DNA of 64,000 bases, taken from the NCBI GenBank assembly GCA_963793135.1, contig CAWBYX010000028.1, positions 32,765 to 96,764 on the forward strand, given 5' to 3'. Position 1 is the stretch's first letter. Every line of letters begins with the position of its first letter. The notes under the pieces were generated by a model. The model ran no database searches, was not told where the DNA came from, and was given only the letters and a program-made list of their open reading frames with translations. The position numbers were made by a program, and so were the translations under genes. Positions 9,770 through 19,121 of this stretch are shown piece by piece. This DNA comes from an uncultured Verrucomicrobiae bacterium (GTDB lineage Bacteria > Verrucomicrobiota > Verrucomicrobiia > Chthoniobacterales > JAFAMB01).

Positions 9770-11174
9770 ATGAAAGCCAATGACCTTATTCGTCTAGGGG
9801 TGACTGGTGGCGAGGCGACCCGACTGGCGCACGAGTTCATTCGAGCCTTTACCGCCCAGGGTAATGATCCTGCGCGGTTGGAGGCGGAGATTGTCAGCAT
9901 TGTCGCTAATCCGGCTGCGTTCTTCGAAGATGAATTGCGGGCGCCTCTGGCTCGCGCGCTCTATCGGCCGGCCTTTACGCCCCGAAAGGAACCCGCGCCA
10001 TGGCGCCAATGGGGCGACGGCCTGGAAGTGGAGGCGGTGAAGCAGATGAGCAATGCCTGCGCGCTTCCGATAGCCGTCGCCGGCGCGCTGATGCCAGATG
10101 CCCACGTGGGGTATGGCTTGCCAATCGGAGGAGTGCTGGCGACCGACAATGCGGTCATCCCTTACGCTGTCGGCGTGGATATCGCGTGCCGAATGAAACT
10201 CACCGTCTACGACCGCAAGGCGAACACCATCGCCGGGCAACGCGACCGTCTGGCGAATGTCATCGAAAGCGAGACGCGTTTCGGCATGGGTTGCCAGTTT
10301 AAACAGCGCCGCGAGCACGATGTGATGGACGAAGACTGGAGCGTTTCGCCGGTCACTCAGCGGTTGCGTGACAAGGCGTGGGCGCAACTCGGCACGAGCG
10401 GAAGCGGCAATCACTTCGTCGAGTTCGGCGCGTTTACGGTGGATGTTGAGCAGGGGCGGGTGCTCAGTCTCGAGCCGGGCGAATACCTTGCGCTCCTCTC
10501 GCACTCGGGTTCGCGCGGCACGGGTGCGCAGGTGTGCGACTTCTATAGCAAGCGGGCGATGGCTCGCCACGAGCAGTTGCCGAACGAATTAAAGCGACTC
10601 GCATGGCTCTCACTGGCAGAGGCCGATGGCCAGGAATACTGGGCGGCGATGAACTTGATGGGCCATTACGCCGCAGCGAATCATGCCCTCATTCACCGAC
10701 ACATCGCGCGCAAGCTCGGCCTGGAACCGATCCTCGATCATCGAGAACCATCACAACTTCGCGTGGAAAGAAACGCACGAAATAGGAGGCGAGGCGCGCG
10801 AAGTCATCGTGCATCGCAAGGGCGCCACGCCCGCCGGTGTCGGCGTGCTGGGAATCATCCCGGGCTCAATGGCGTCGCCGGGCTACGTCGTGAGCGGGAA
10901 AGGTTCGCCCGCATCGCTGCATTCGGCTTCGCACGGCGCGGGCCGCGTGATGAGCCGCACCAAGGCGATGCAGTCCTTCACCTGGAGCGCGACCCGGAAG
11001 TTGCTGGCCGAGCGCGGCGTGGAGCTTCTCTCCGCCGGCCTCGATGAAGTGCCCGGCGTCTATAAGGACATCCACGCGATCATGGCCGCGCAGACAGATC
11101 TGGTCGAAGTGCTTGGCCGGTTCGACCCAAAGCTAGTGAAGATGTGCCCAGCGGGAGAACGGGCTGAAGACTGA
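9770..11174 (+). pseudogene. rtcB: RNA-splicing ligase RtcB with an apparent +1 frameshift
   Basis: MPDAHVGYGLPIGGV, GTSGSGNHFVEF and SHSGSRG lie in frame 1. IENHHNFAWKE...GSMASPGYVV...SASHGAGR lies in frame 2. Skipping one base near 10739 gives LEPILD-IENHHNFAW. Confidence 0.85.
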
Positions 11175-11364
11175 GGCAGTGTCAGTGTCAGCGGGGATTG
11201 AACGGATTGTCCCCCCCCAGCAAGCCTGGCGCCTGAAGGGGCCTTGAGTTCTTGAGCGTTAGCGTTCTGTGCCGCTTCGGGCCATGGATTGTAAAGCCAA
11301 ACTCCAGAGCCCTTTCAGGGGCTAAGGATCATAACATCATTCTATAGAGTTCGTAACTTGATCT

Positions 11365-11480
11365 TTGTACACAGAACACAGGCTGGAAGACTATGCTCCT
11401 TTGGCCTTCCGGACTGTTGAGCGATCTCCCAGAGCCATCCCGGAAGCTATCGCCGTGCGTCTGGAGACGACGCGGCGGCG
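11365..11480. repeat. dispersed repeat (half copy of the 3949-4134 element)
   Basis: ACAGAACACAGGCTGGAAGACTATGCTCC...GAGCGATCTCCCAGAGCCATC...GCTATCGCCGTGC closely matches 3961-4070. Confidence 0.7.
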
Positions 11481-11832
11481 CAAAGTAGCAATCGCCGAAA
11501 AGCCTCGCATTTGATCGGTTGCTTGCAGTACGTAACAACATTTTGTCTTGCCGACTACATCATACTCAAATCTTCATGGTTTTCATGAGCGGCGATATAT
11601 TTGTTTTCCGGTGAGAAACTCTACTGCTGGCGTCCGGCTCTTTTTTCCTCTAAAAAACCCGACGTGAAAGTTAACGGGGCAACGGGTGTGGCGAGATTTT
11701 TTCAGTACAAGGCAAGAGTTCGGCTGGACGCAGGCCCACGATAGGCGAAGGCGGAGAATTAGATCTGGAAGCAGGAAACTCAAACGAGGATCCAGGAATG
11801 GGCTTTTATCAACTAACGAGTCGGCTAAAGCA

Positions 11833-13113
11833 ATGAAAAGAAGGCTTCCTTTTCTGTTCTCCTGGCTGCTGGCAAGCATGGCCATCACCGCACCGCCCGC
11901 CATCCAAGCTCGACCTAACCATCCGGCGCCTCCTATTCCGATGCCCACTCCATTTTTAACCGGCTTTGGGGGCTTATTAGCGGGAGTGACCGCTGATCAA
12001 AAAGCAGCGTGGATAGCGGGCTTACAACAATTCCAGGTGGCGGACGGACCTGCCGATGGGTTAGGTCCTATTTTCAACAACCAGAGCTGTGTATCCTGTC
12101 ACTCGCAGCCGGTCGTGGCAGGCGCAATTACGCCTGGAGGCGCTAGCGCAGTTCTTGAAACTAGATTTGGCAAACTGACCAACGGCCAGTTTGATCCACT
12201 GACTAATGAAAGCGGTAGTTTATTGCATCAAATGGCGTTAGCGCCTTTTGCTCAAGATAGTGTCCCTTCGGATGCTAACGTGATCGCCTCGCGGAAAACT
12301 ACTCCAACCTTTGGGATGGGCTTAATCGAGGCTGTTCCTGACGCTACTATTGAGGCAAATGCGCATCATCCCCCTGTAGACGGTGTGACAGGGAGGGCAG
12401 CTATTCTGACTGATTCCGTCACCCAACTGGTAGGCGGTAATGTCGTCGGACGCTTTGGTTGGAAATGCCAGGAATCTACTTTGCTGGCCTTCTCGGCTGA
12501 TGCGGAAATTAACGAGATGGGAGTCACCAACCGGTTTTTCACCACCGACATTGCACCTGGCGGCAACCAGGCAATACTGATTCAGGCGGAGCCAGATGGA
12601 ATGACTCCTACGACTCTCCAGGACTTGCCGGCCAATCCGGCGCTGCCCGAAAGCCCTACCAACAAGGATGATATTGCGCGGTTTACTGATTTTCTGCAAT
12701 TGAACGCTCCCCCTCCGGTAGTTCCTTTAACCCCGCAAGCACAACGCGGCCAAGCGCTTTTTGCCGCAATTAACTGTATTGCTTGCCATAAACCTTCGAT
12801 GCAAACCGGTCCGAGCACCGTGAGCGTGGCGCTGGCCTTCCAAAACGTGCCTCTCTACTCCGACCTGCTCTTGCACCGAATGGGCACGCTGGCAGACGGC
12901 ATCGCGCAGGCAGCCGCTCAACCGGATGAAATGCGTACAGCGCCTCTTTGGGGCCTTCGGGCGCGCTCTCCCTATTTGCACGACGGCAGAGCTTCGACGA
13001 TCCTTCAAGCGATTCTTATGCACGATGGCGAAGCGCGCACTATCCGCGAGCGGTTCGCCAACCTCTCCGAAGTACAGAAGAATGCCATCATCGCCTTCCT
13101 AGAATCGATCTAG
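11833..13113 (+). CDS. di-haem cytochrome c peroxidase-like protein (DUF1111 family)
   Basis: Signal peptide MKRRLPFLFSWLLASMAITAPPAIQA. Two CxxCH haem motifs (CVSCH, CIACH). The start is taken at the ATG at 11833 inside the longer ORF. Confidence 0.75.
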   Translation: MKRRLPFLFSWLLASMAITAPPAIQARPNHPAPPIPMPTPFLTGFGGLLAGVTADQKAAWIAGLQQFQVADGPADGLGPIFNNQSCVSCHSQPVVAGAITPGGASAVLETRFGKLTNGQFDPLTNESGSLLHQMALAPFAQDSVPSDANVIASRKTTPTFGMGLIEAVPDATIEANAHHPPVDGVTGRAAILTDSVTQLVGGNVVGRFGWKCQESTLLAFSADAEINEMGVTNRFFTTDIAPGGNQAILIQAEPDGMTPTTLQDLPANPALPESPTNKDDIARFTDFLQLNAPPPVVPLTPQAQRGQALFAAINCIACHKPSMQTGPSTVSVALAFQNVPLYSDLLLHRMGTLADGIAQAAAQPDEMRTAPLWGLRARSPYLHDGRASTILQAILMHDGEARTIRERFANLSEVQKNAIIAFLESI

Positions 13114-13254
13114 TTTAGAAGAAGTTCAAGGTTGCTGGTGATAGCTGGTTTTCTTAGATCGGTGACCTGGCTCAGTCGGAGTTTCGCCCGACGCCCGCAA
13201 AGACTTACGTTACGGTGTCGGCGTAGGCTTGCCTTTTGCGGGCTCATGTTTCTG

Positions 13255-13545
13255 GGCGCGGTGCGATTATGCCCCGAAGGGGGCTACAGGACTCAGCCCA
13301 GGGTTTCAACCCTGGGAACCCTCAAAATAAACGAATCCGCCCTGAAGGGGCGAGAGACTGACCAAGCTCGCACCTATTGCTGCGCCAAACATTAGAGTGC
13401 GCAATCGAGACGTGCTACAATTGGACCTATTTTTAGCGTTGTTAGTACATTCGATCTGCCGCCCCTTCAGGGCGAATCGCTCTGGGCGGCAGTTCCCAGG
13501 GTTGAAACCCTGGGCTAAGCTATTTTAGCCACTTCAGGCCACGGA
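13255..13545. repeat. cluster of REP-like palindromic units
   Basis: ATGCCCCGAAGGGGGCTACAGGACTCAGCCCAGGGTTTCAACCCTGGGAAC with an inverted partner GTTCCCAGGGTTGAAACCCTGGGCT. CGCCCTGAAGGGGCG pairs with CGCCCCTTCAGGGCG. Related modules lie at 3825-3950 and 11220-11330. Confidence 0.75.
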
Positions 13546-13938
13546 TCGGAAACGTCCAAACTCCAGGCTCCAAAGGCCAAAGGGGCTCGGCGCGCTGCGC
13601 CGGCGGGTGGGCGGGAGCAGGATGGACAACCCGGGAGTGCCATTCTTGGAAGGATCAGTGCAAAGAGGTGAAGGTGATGATATGAGCTAGTTAACTGTCA
13701 AAGAACTTCCTTAAAAAAAGTAACTACATCCAATTACATAAGGACGGGAGAGCGCCTTACCCGAGTGCCAGGAATGGCAGTGGTTCAGTTTCTTCCCGGT
13801 TCTCTACTCTGCGAATATGCTTGCCACGCTATACCCAGAAGCAATGACAACTTTCGTATTAAATATGGTAGGAACCGAACCAACTGAGCGAGAATAAGTT
13901 TGCCGGAAGTAACGTAAGTAACGCGAATTCCCGCAGTA

Positions 13939-14484
13939 ATGAAATTTAACCTTGAGTTAATTTGTTTAGGAGTAATCTTTGGTGCGGCAGTGTTAGACGC
14001 TGCAAATGCAAAAGCTCAAACGGCGAATGCCGTTGCACAGGAGCTGCAAAACGGCAACGCCGAACCCGAATATTTTGAGGTACCGAAGGGTCATCACGCC
14101 GCCATGCACCAGGCTGTCAAGGAGGCGCGAAAGACGGTGGGAAAATTTATTGCCGCGCTAGAGCATCCAGCAGCGGGACAGCAGGATTTTGAGGTCAAAA
14201 AGCCTTTCATCCAAGGCAACCAGGTGGAACACATCTGGTTATCGGACGTGCGCTTTGTCGGCAATCTCTTCCAGGGCCGCATAGACAACCAACCTCGAAA
14301 GATCGTTGGGTTGAAGATAGGGGAGACGGCTTCCGTTAAGCCGAACGAAATTTCCGACTGGCTCTACGTTGACAATGGAAAGCTGGTCGGAGGTTACACT
14401 GTTCGGGTCCACTACAACGAACTTTCATCGCAGCAAAAGCAGGAGTTCGATCGGCGGGCGGATTTCAGGATCGAAAAGCCATGA
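13939..14484 (+). CDS. DUF2314 domain-containing secreted protein
   Basis: 181 aa with a signal peptide. C-terminal EHIWLSDVRF...GRIDNQP...ISDWLYVDNGKLVGGYTVR resembles DUF2314. The stop overlaps the next ORF (ATGA). Confidence 0.55.
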   Translation: MKFNLELICLGVIFGAAVLDAANAKAQTANAVAQELQNGNAEPEYFEVPKGHHAAMHQAVKEARKTVGKFIAALEHPAAGQQDFEVKKPFIQGNQVEHIWLSDVRFVGNLFQGRIDNQPRKIVGLKIGETASVKPNEISDWLYVDNGKLVGGYTVRVHYNELSSQQKQEFDRRADFRIEKP

Positions 14485-14528
14485 CGCCGCGAACGCAGAA
14501 ATCCCTTCCTGTGCAAACGACGGAGACA

Positions 14529-14912
14529 ATGAATAAATTTTTAATCCCGGGAGCTATGGCGATCATCCTGCTGTTGGCCGGATGCGCAGGTGATTATTAC
14601 GGGACCGATCCTTACGCAGGCGGATATTACGGTGGAGACGCCTTTTACGGGCAAAGCTTTGGCGCTCGACATTTCAGCTCTGACTACGGGCAAAGTCACG
14701 GGAATTGGAGTCACAGCAACGGGAGTTATCCGAACGGAGGGCATGGCAATGGGAGTCATCCGAACGGGAGTCATGGCAATGGGCATCCCAATGGGAGTCA
14801 TGGCAATGGAGGTCATCCGAATGGGAGCCACCCCAACAGTAGTCATGGCAATGGAAGTCATCCCCACGGCAGTCAGCCTCACGGGAGTCATCCCGGCCAG
14901 AGCCACACGTAA
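14529..14912 (+). CDS. His/Gly/Asn-rich lipoprotein
   Basis: GGAGA ribosome-binding site, lipobox LLLAGC, then GSHPNGSHGNG-type repeats (about 20 His in 90 residues). Confidence 0.7.
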   Translation: MNKFLIPGAMAIILLLAGCAGDYYGTDPYAGGYYGGDAFYGQSFGARHFSSDYGQSHGNWSHSNGSYPNGGHGNGSHPNGSHGNGHPNGSHGNGGHPNGSHPNSSHGNGSHPHGSQPHGSHPGQSHT

Positions 14913-15028
14913 CGATCTTGCCGGCACGGCGCTGGATTCATCCTTTGGTCAGCACACGTGGCAAGATAGAGCAGAGGTGACGATGTCTCTCTGCCGAGAC
15001 GTGGTTTGAGCGATTGCTTCCGAGGACT

Positions 15029-15102
15029 TGCACCCGGCAGGGCTCGAACCTGCAACCCTATGATCCGAAGTCATATACTCTATCCAATTGAGCTACGGGT
15101 GC
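15029..15102 (-). tRNA. tRNA-Arg (anticodon UCG)
   Basis: Hand-folded 74-nt cloverleaf. Acceptor GCACCCG/CGGGTGC, D-arm GCTC-AATTGGATA-GAGT, anticodon stem TATGA/TCATA with loop CTTCGGA, T-arm GCAGG-TTCGAGC-CCTGC, discriminator A. CCA is not encoded. Confidence 0.9.
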
Positions 15103-15214
15103 GCCTGACAAGGAAGCCAATCGTGTGAAGGATGACACGGATGAAAGGAATCGCAAGTCCAGGACAACAATCGGAAACGTCGCAGGGCCGGGCGAGGCGG
15201 GGAAGCCCGACTCA

Positions 15215-15247
15215 GGTGGGGCGAAGCTCCGTCTGAGCCGGGGCTTT
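15215..15247 (-). repeat. REP unit (GAAGCCCCGGCTCAGRCGGAGCTTCGCCCYACC family)
   Basis: Other copies at 39995-40026, 40155-40186, 53781-53813 and 63750-63782. Diverged copies at 7686-7711 and 15429-15461. Confidence 0.8.
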
Positions 15248-15555
15248 CCGCGTGATCTGCGCCCTCCGACGTAATCCCACAAAGTCTTCGTCCGAGGACT
15301 GCGACGCGCGACAGTTGCAAGACAGGAGATGCGACAAATGACGGCTAACGCGAATCGTGCGGACTTTTGGGCGAGTCCGCGGTCGCGGAAGTCATGGGGG
15401 GGTGACGTGGCAGGGCAGGGTAATCCGGGAAGCCCCGGTTCGGGCGGAGCCTCACCCTACCCGGAGCCGGTCGAAGAACGAGACATCTGAGTTCCTCCGT
15501 CAACATTTTTTTTAAAATTATTAACCGTTTTATTCACAGGGTTCCGTGGGGGTGT

Positions 15556-16135
15556 TCAGGGAGCAGTTTGGGCGTATTCTGAACCGCGGCTTTGGAGAGC
15601 TTTTAGGTATCGATCGGGATCGTAAGGAACGCGTTTTTTCCAGCAGGCAAACAGGATGCGGATCCATTTAAAGGCCAGCGCGCGTACGGCCACGTGGTGA
15701 GTCTTGCCTCTGGCGATTTGAGCTTGATAGTAGGTTTGAGCCCAGGGGCAGAAACGGATCGAGTGAGTAGCAAACTCGTGAAAGGCCGTGGAAAAACTTA
15801 CGCAGCTTGCCTGGAGAGATTTTTTGGAGCTCTGCCAAAGTCGGCCATTGCACGAGCAGATCGGCCGCCAGAGCCGTGGCGATATCATGGTCGAGTATTT
15901 GGAGGGCCACAGGTAAGTAGAGCTTGAGCTCACTCTTGATTTCATTGGCTAGCTCGGTGCGTCGATCGACCGCGTGACGTCGACCTTCGTTGAGAGTGGC
16001 CAGTTCGCGGGTCAGCTGATCATCAGGCTTCCAGGCTTTGAGCCGATCGCGGTGGCACATCACCAGTTCACTGAGCAGGTCTGCATCGGGCTGATCAGAT
16101 TTGTGTTCCGATGCACGCTTTTCACGGAAGTTTTC
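15556..16135 (-). pseudogene. IS110-family transposase remnant (N-terminus missing, internal deletion/frameshift)
   Basis: ...KSDQPDADLLSELV...LKLYLPVAL...WPTLAELQK...LRKFF, then in another frame FHEFATHSIRFCPWAQTYYQAQIARGKTHHVAVRALAFKWIRILFACWKKRVPYDPDRY, which is a typical IS110-type C-terminal tail. Confidence 0.65.
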
Positions 16136-16305
16136 TCAAGATAATTACGACGGAGATGTATGGTTGAAGTGGTAGTCGAAGTCATTTGGCAATGCCGAGT
16201 GCTGCCCGAGTTGTTTGATGTGGAGAAGTGAAGCGGGCTGGGGAGTTGAGCGAACGTTTGTGGGGGAGCAACTGGCAGGAATCTCGTGTAAGACCGCAAT
16301 TACGT

Positions 16306-16854
16306 TTAAAATCTGGGTGTTGGGCGAATTAGGCAGCGGTAGTCATGAAGCAGGGAAGTCCGGAAACTGGAAGCTAAAACCCGCAAGATCGTTGCTGCAT
16401 CGCCGTAAAGTCGGCGTAGTGCCTCCCAGAGGCGCTGACTGAGCTCACCAGGAGTGAGGCCGAGGGGCAATCGCAACAATCCCGGTCCCATCAACATAAC
16501 CAGCCAGCGAGTGCGTTCGTGGAATCTCTTGGCGACGCTGAGCACCGGCTTTAGCAATTTGTGCGATTCGGTTTTGGCCTGAGAATGTTGCGGATTATCC
16601 AAACAGCTTTCCAACTGCTCGGCGCTGACGCGGCGATAGGGAAGCATCCCGTCTTTGAGTATTGAGCAGGTTCGTAGACAGCGCGGACAACGATATCGCT
16701 GCAGCATCGTTGGAAGACCATCACTACCGGTGCGCCTACATGTGCCGTGTCGATGCATCCGCGGTCTGCCATGGCAATGTAAACACTTCGGAACGTACAC
16801 CAATTCTGACTCCCAGAGTTGCATCGAACTCCCTTTCTGAAGACTGGACCGCAA
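16306..16854 (-). CDS. Cys-rich zinc-ribbon protein, mobile-element associated (DUF6431-like?)
   Basis: CLHCHG...HRHGTCRR...YRCPRCLRTCSILKDGMLPYRR. Likely start is the ATG at 16824. The family assignment is from memory only. Confidence 0.4.
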   Translation of the reverse strand: MRSSLQKGSSMQLWESELVYVPKCLHCHGRPRMHRHGTCRRTGSDGLPTMLQRYRCPRCLRTCSILKDGMLPYRRVSAEQLESCLDNPQHSQAKTESHKLLKPVLSVAKRFHERTRWLVMLMGPGLLRLPLGLTPGELSQRLWEALRRLYGDAATILRVLASSFRTSLLHDYRCLIRPTPRF

Positions 16855-17195
16855 GCCAACAAGACAAAAGTGCCAGCGCCAGGACTCAAAAGTTTGTGGG
16901 GTGACCCAAAAAAGTGAAAATCATTCACACCCTCCGACGATATCGCGCCACTTCCCGAACCCATCCACGTCTGCGCTTTCAAGGCGCGGAGCGTTGTCCC
17001 CAAGACGAAAAACAATCCAATCTTTCTCACACTCAGGTCGGAACTTTTCTCATCTCTTCCGTAATTATTGTGTCCCTCGTTTCCGGGAATAGCCTGCGAG
17101 CGCACAGTGTGTGTGTGGAGACATCCCGGACCCGTGGATCTCAATCAAACGACCGCAACTTGCTTCCCTTGGCCCAGGAAGGTAACAATTTGAAA

Positions 17196-17528
17196 CTAAA
17201 GCGTGTACATCCGAGCAATGATGTCTTGAAGGCGCTGGATGTCGTTTTCACCCAATACCTCGATAAAAGCGTCGAAACGCTGAAGGCTGACCGCTCGAAC
17301 CTGGTCAACCATGATGCTGTTAACGTTGCCGTTGCATATCACTTGGAGCCGGAATGGCCATGGCCTGATCCTGCTCGTCAACGGACAGACTACCGCCATG
17401 TCGGTTTGGTGCATGGCGTCAGGGCTGACCACGACGCACGGGCGCCGTTTTTGTTGTTCGTGTCCTCGCCCAGGCGGATCGAGATCAACCCAATAGACGC
17501 CAAACCGGATAATCTGCTTAATGCTCAA
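17196..17528 (-). CDS. mazF: type II toxin, PemK/MazF family endoribonuclease
   Basis: 110 aa. YWVDLDPPGRGHEQQKRRPCVVVSPD...VVCPLTSR. Overlaps the antitoxin stop by 4 nt. Confidence 0.85.
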   Translation of the reverse strand: MSIKQIIRFGVYWVDLDPPGRGHEQQKRRPCVVVSPDAMHQTDMAVVCPLTSRIRPWPFRLQVICNGNVNSIMVDQVRAVSLQRFDAFIEVLGENDIQRLQDIIARMYTL

Positions 17529-17791
17529 TTCGAATAGCGGTCGTGCTCCAGCCCATCGCCCAAAGTGCCTTCAAATTCCTGCACCTCGTTCAAAGCTTCC
17601 TGATCTTTTGCCATCTGGGCAAATGCGTCCTCAAAGCTGAGTTCCTGGGACTTTATGGGGCGAAGTAAGACGCCGTCGAGGGTCTCAATGCATTCCACCT
17701 CATTCTCAATGCCTTGCCGACGCAGGATGGCACTGGGAATCCGAACCCCTTTGGAATTGCCAATGGCCACAATCTTAAGCAACTCAGACAT
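17525..17791 (-). CDS. mazE: AbrB/MazE/SpoVT-family antitoxin
   Basis: MSELLKIVAIGNSKGVRIPSAILRRQG. The start is taken at the ATG at 17791 inside the ORF 17525-17854. Confidence 0.8.
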   Translation of the reverse strand: MSELLKIVAIGNSKGVRIPSAILRRQGIENEVECIETLDGVLLRPIKSQELSFEDAFAQMAKDQEALNEVQEFEGTLGDGLEHDRYSN

Positions 17792-18052
17792 GTGCTCACT
17801 GTAATTACATTCATTGATTTCGCGAACGATAATTCCAGCGAGGTTGAACGTCATACTGCCTCTCCAAAGACCTGGCAGAACGGTTTTCAGTTGATTTCAG
17901 GTTTTATCTTGCTGGGCGAAGCAGGCAGCTTGAATCGGTATCTTCTCTTCCGACGCAAGCCAAAGAGAACGACGATGACGATTTCTGATCTTCGTTATTT
18001 TCTTATTGTTCTTACTTAATTCTTAGTTCTTTAGAGCTTTTTTCTCCAACTG

Positions 18053-18437
18053 GATCCTGACATTTTTCGCGGTTCGGCAACGTTTTGCTTCGTTGCATTG
18101 TTAATACCTGTATTCCCGTCACTTACGGAATTTAGATTACGGTGATCCTGACATTTTTCGCGGTAATTTGAAGAGGCCTGGTTTTAGGTGGCAATGCTGA
18201 CGTTTTCCGCGGTTCATTCGGACATTTTCCGCGGTTCTCGGCTCGCTATTCTGACAAACATCGCAGTCGATCCTGACATTTTCCGCGGTTTAAAGATGAC
18301 ATTTTCCGTGGTTCACGGCTCGTCATGCTGACAATATCGCGGTCGATCCTGACAACGCATTTGCAAGCTCGATCGGCAAAGTCCTCCTGGCTGGACGGTC
18401 GGAGAAAAAGCGTTCGATCCTGACATTTTCCGCGGTT
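18053..18437 (+). repeat. iteron array (plasmid-type origin of replication)
   Basis: Direct copies of (GATC)CTGACATTTTCCGCGGTT at 18053, 18144, 18197, 18221, 18269, 18298 and 18416. Degenerate copies at 18251, 18328 and 18345. An AT-rich tract lies at 17990-18050. Confidence 0.85.
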
Positions 18438-18453
18438 GAAGTCGTTGGTTATT

Positions 18454-18477
18454 CTGACATTCCTTGTTAAATGTCAG
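18454..18477. promoter_or_regulatory. half-iteron palindrome, putative Rep autoregulatory operator
   Basis: CTGACAT-TCCTTGTTAA-ATGTCAG, ending 24 bp upstream of the rep ATG at 18502. Confidence 0.5.
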
Positions 18478-18501
18478 GAAAACTCGTAGCTCATAAGAAA
18501 T

Positions 18502-19085
18502 ATGGATGCCGCAGCAGTGCAGTCCTGGCAGAAACAGCCGGAGCAGAAAGCTGTTGTTTGGCAGCATAACCGTCTAGCAGAGGCACGTTACGAGCTCACG
18601 GCCAGGGAGCAAAAGCTTCTTTTGTATGTGATCGCGATGATCGAGCCGGAGGACGAAGATTTTAAGCGGTATATCATCAACATTGGTGAGTTTGCGCAGC
18701 TTGCCAACCTCGACAGGATCATTTGTACCGTGAACTGCGTGAGTTGGCTAAGAGCTTAAAGCAGAAGCCTTTGATTATCCCGAATCATTTCGACACACAA
18801 ACGGGAACGTATCTCGATCTTGTGACAAGCTGGTTTGATACCGCGTACGTTGACAGGAACGGTGCAGGATATTTTGCAGTGACGATTTCGCAGGTCCTCA
18901 AACCGTATCTGCTCCAGGTGAAACGCGAGTTCTTTCGTTTCCGCCTACTCCATGTCATGCAGTTGCGATCCAGCTACGCGATCCGCCTGTATCAATGGGC
19001 CAAACGATGGGAGTTTCGTAAGAACATGGAAATTTCAGTTCAAGAACTGCGTAATGTTCTTGGAGCGAACAATGGACCTGATGAG
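18502..19085 (+). pseudogene. Rep_3-type plasmid replication initiator, frameshifted and 3'-truncated
   Basis: WQHNRLAEARYELTAREQKLLLYVIAMIEPEDEDFKRYIINIGEFAQLANLD, then a -1 shift near 18715 to DHLYRELRELAKSLKQKPLII...QLRSSYAIRLYQWAKRW...SVQELRNVLG. Homology stops at the Tn3-type terminal repeat (19084). Confidence 0.75.
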
Positions 19086-19121
19086 GGTACTAGAGAGATC
19101 CGTGTAATTTTATACGCTAAG
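19084..19121 (+). repeat. Tn3-family terminal inverted repeat
   Basis: AGGGTACTAGAGAGATCCGTGTAATTTTATACGCTAAG. The 38 bp run from a G-rich outer end to an inner ...ACGCTAAG, as in Tn21-type inverted repeats. The tnpA stop codon (19110-19112) lies inside it. Confidence 0.6.

Noticed and set aside
9794-10570. A 258-aa minus-strand ORF.
   Set aside because: It is antisense to rtcB, whose motifs are unambiguous.
16914-17537. A 207-aa + strand ORF.
   Set aside because: Its 3' half is antisense to mazF and it has no motifs. The mazEF pair is the better explanation.
18053-18437. The array of 16-22-bp repeats could be mistaken for a CRISPR array.
   Set aside because: Spacing is irregular (about 2 to 100 bp between copies, some nearly adjacent) and several copies are degenerate. 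There are no cas genes. A Rep_3 gene with a half-repeat operator follows immediately, so this is an iteron origin.
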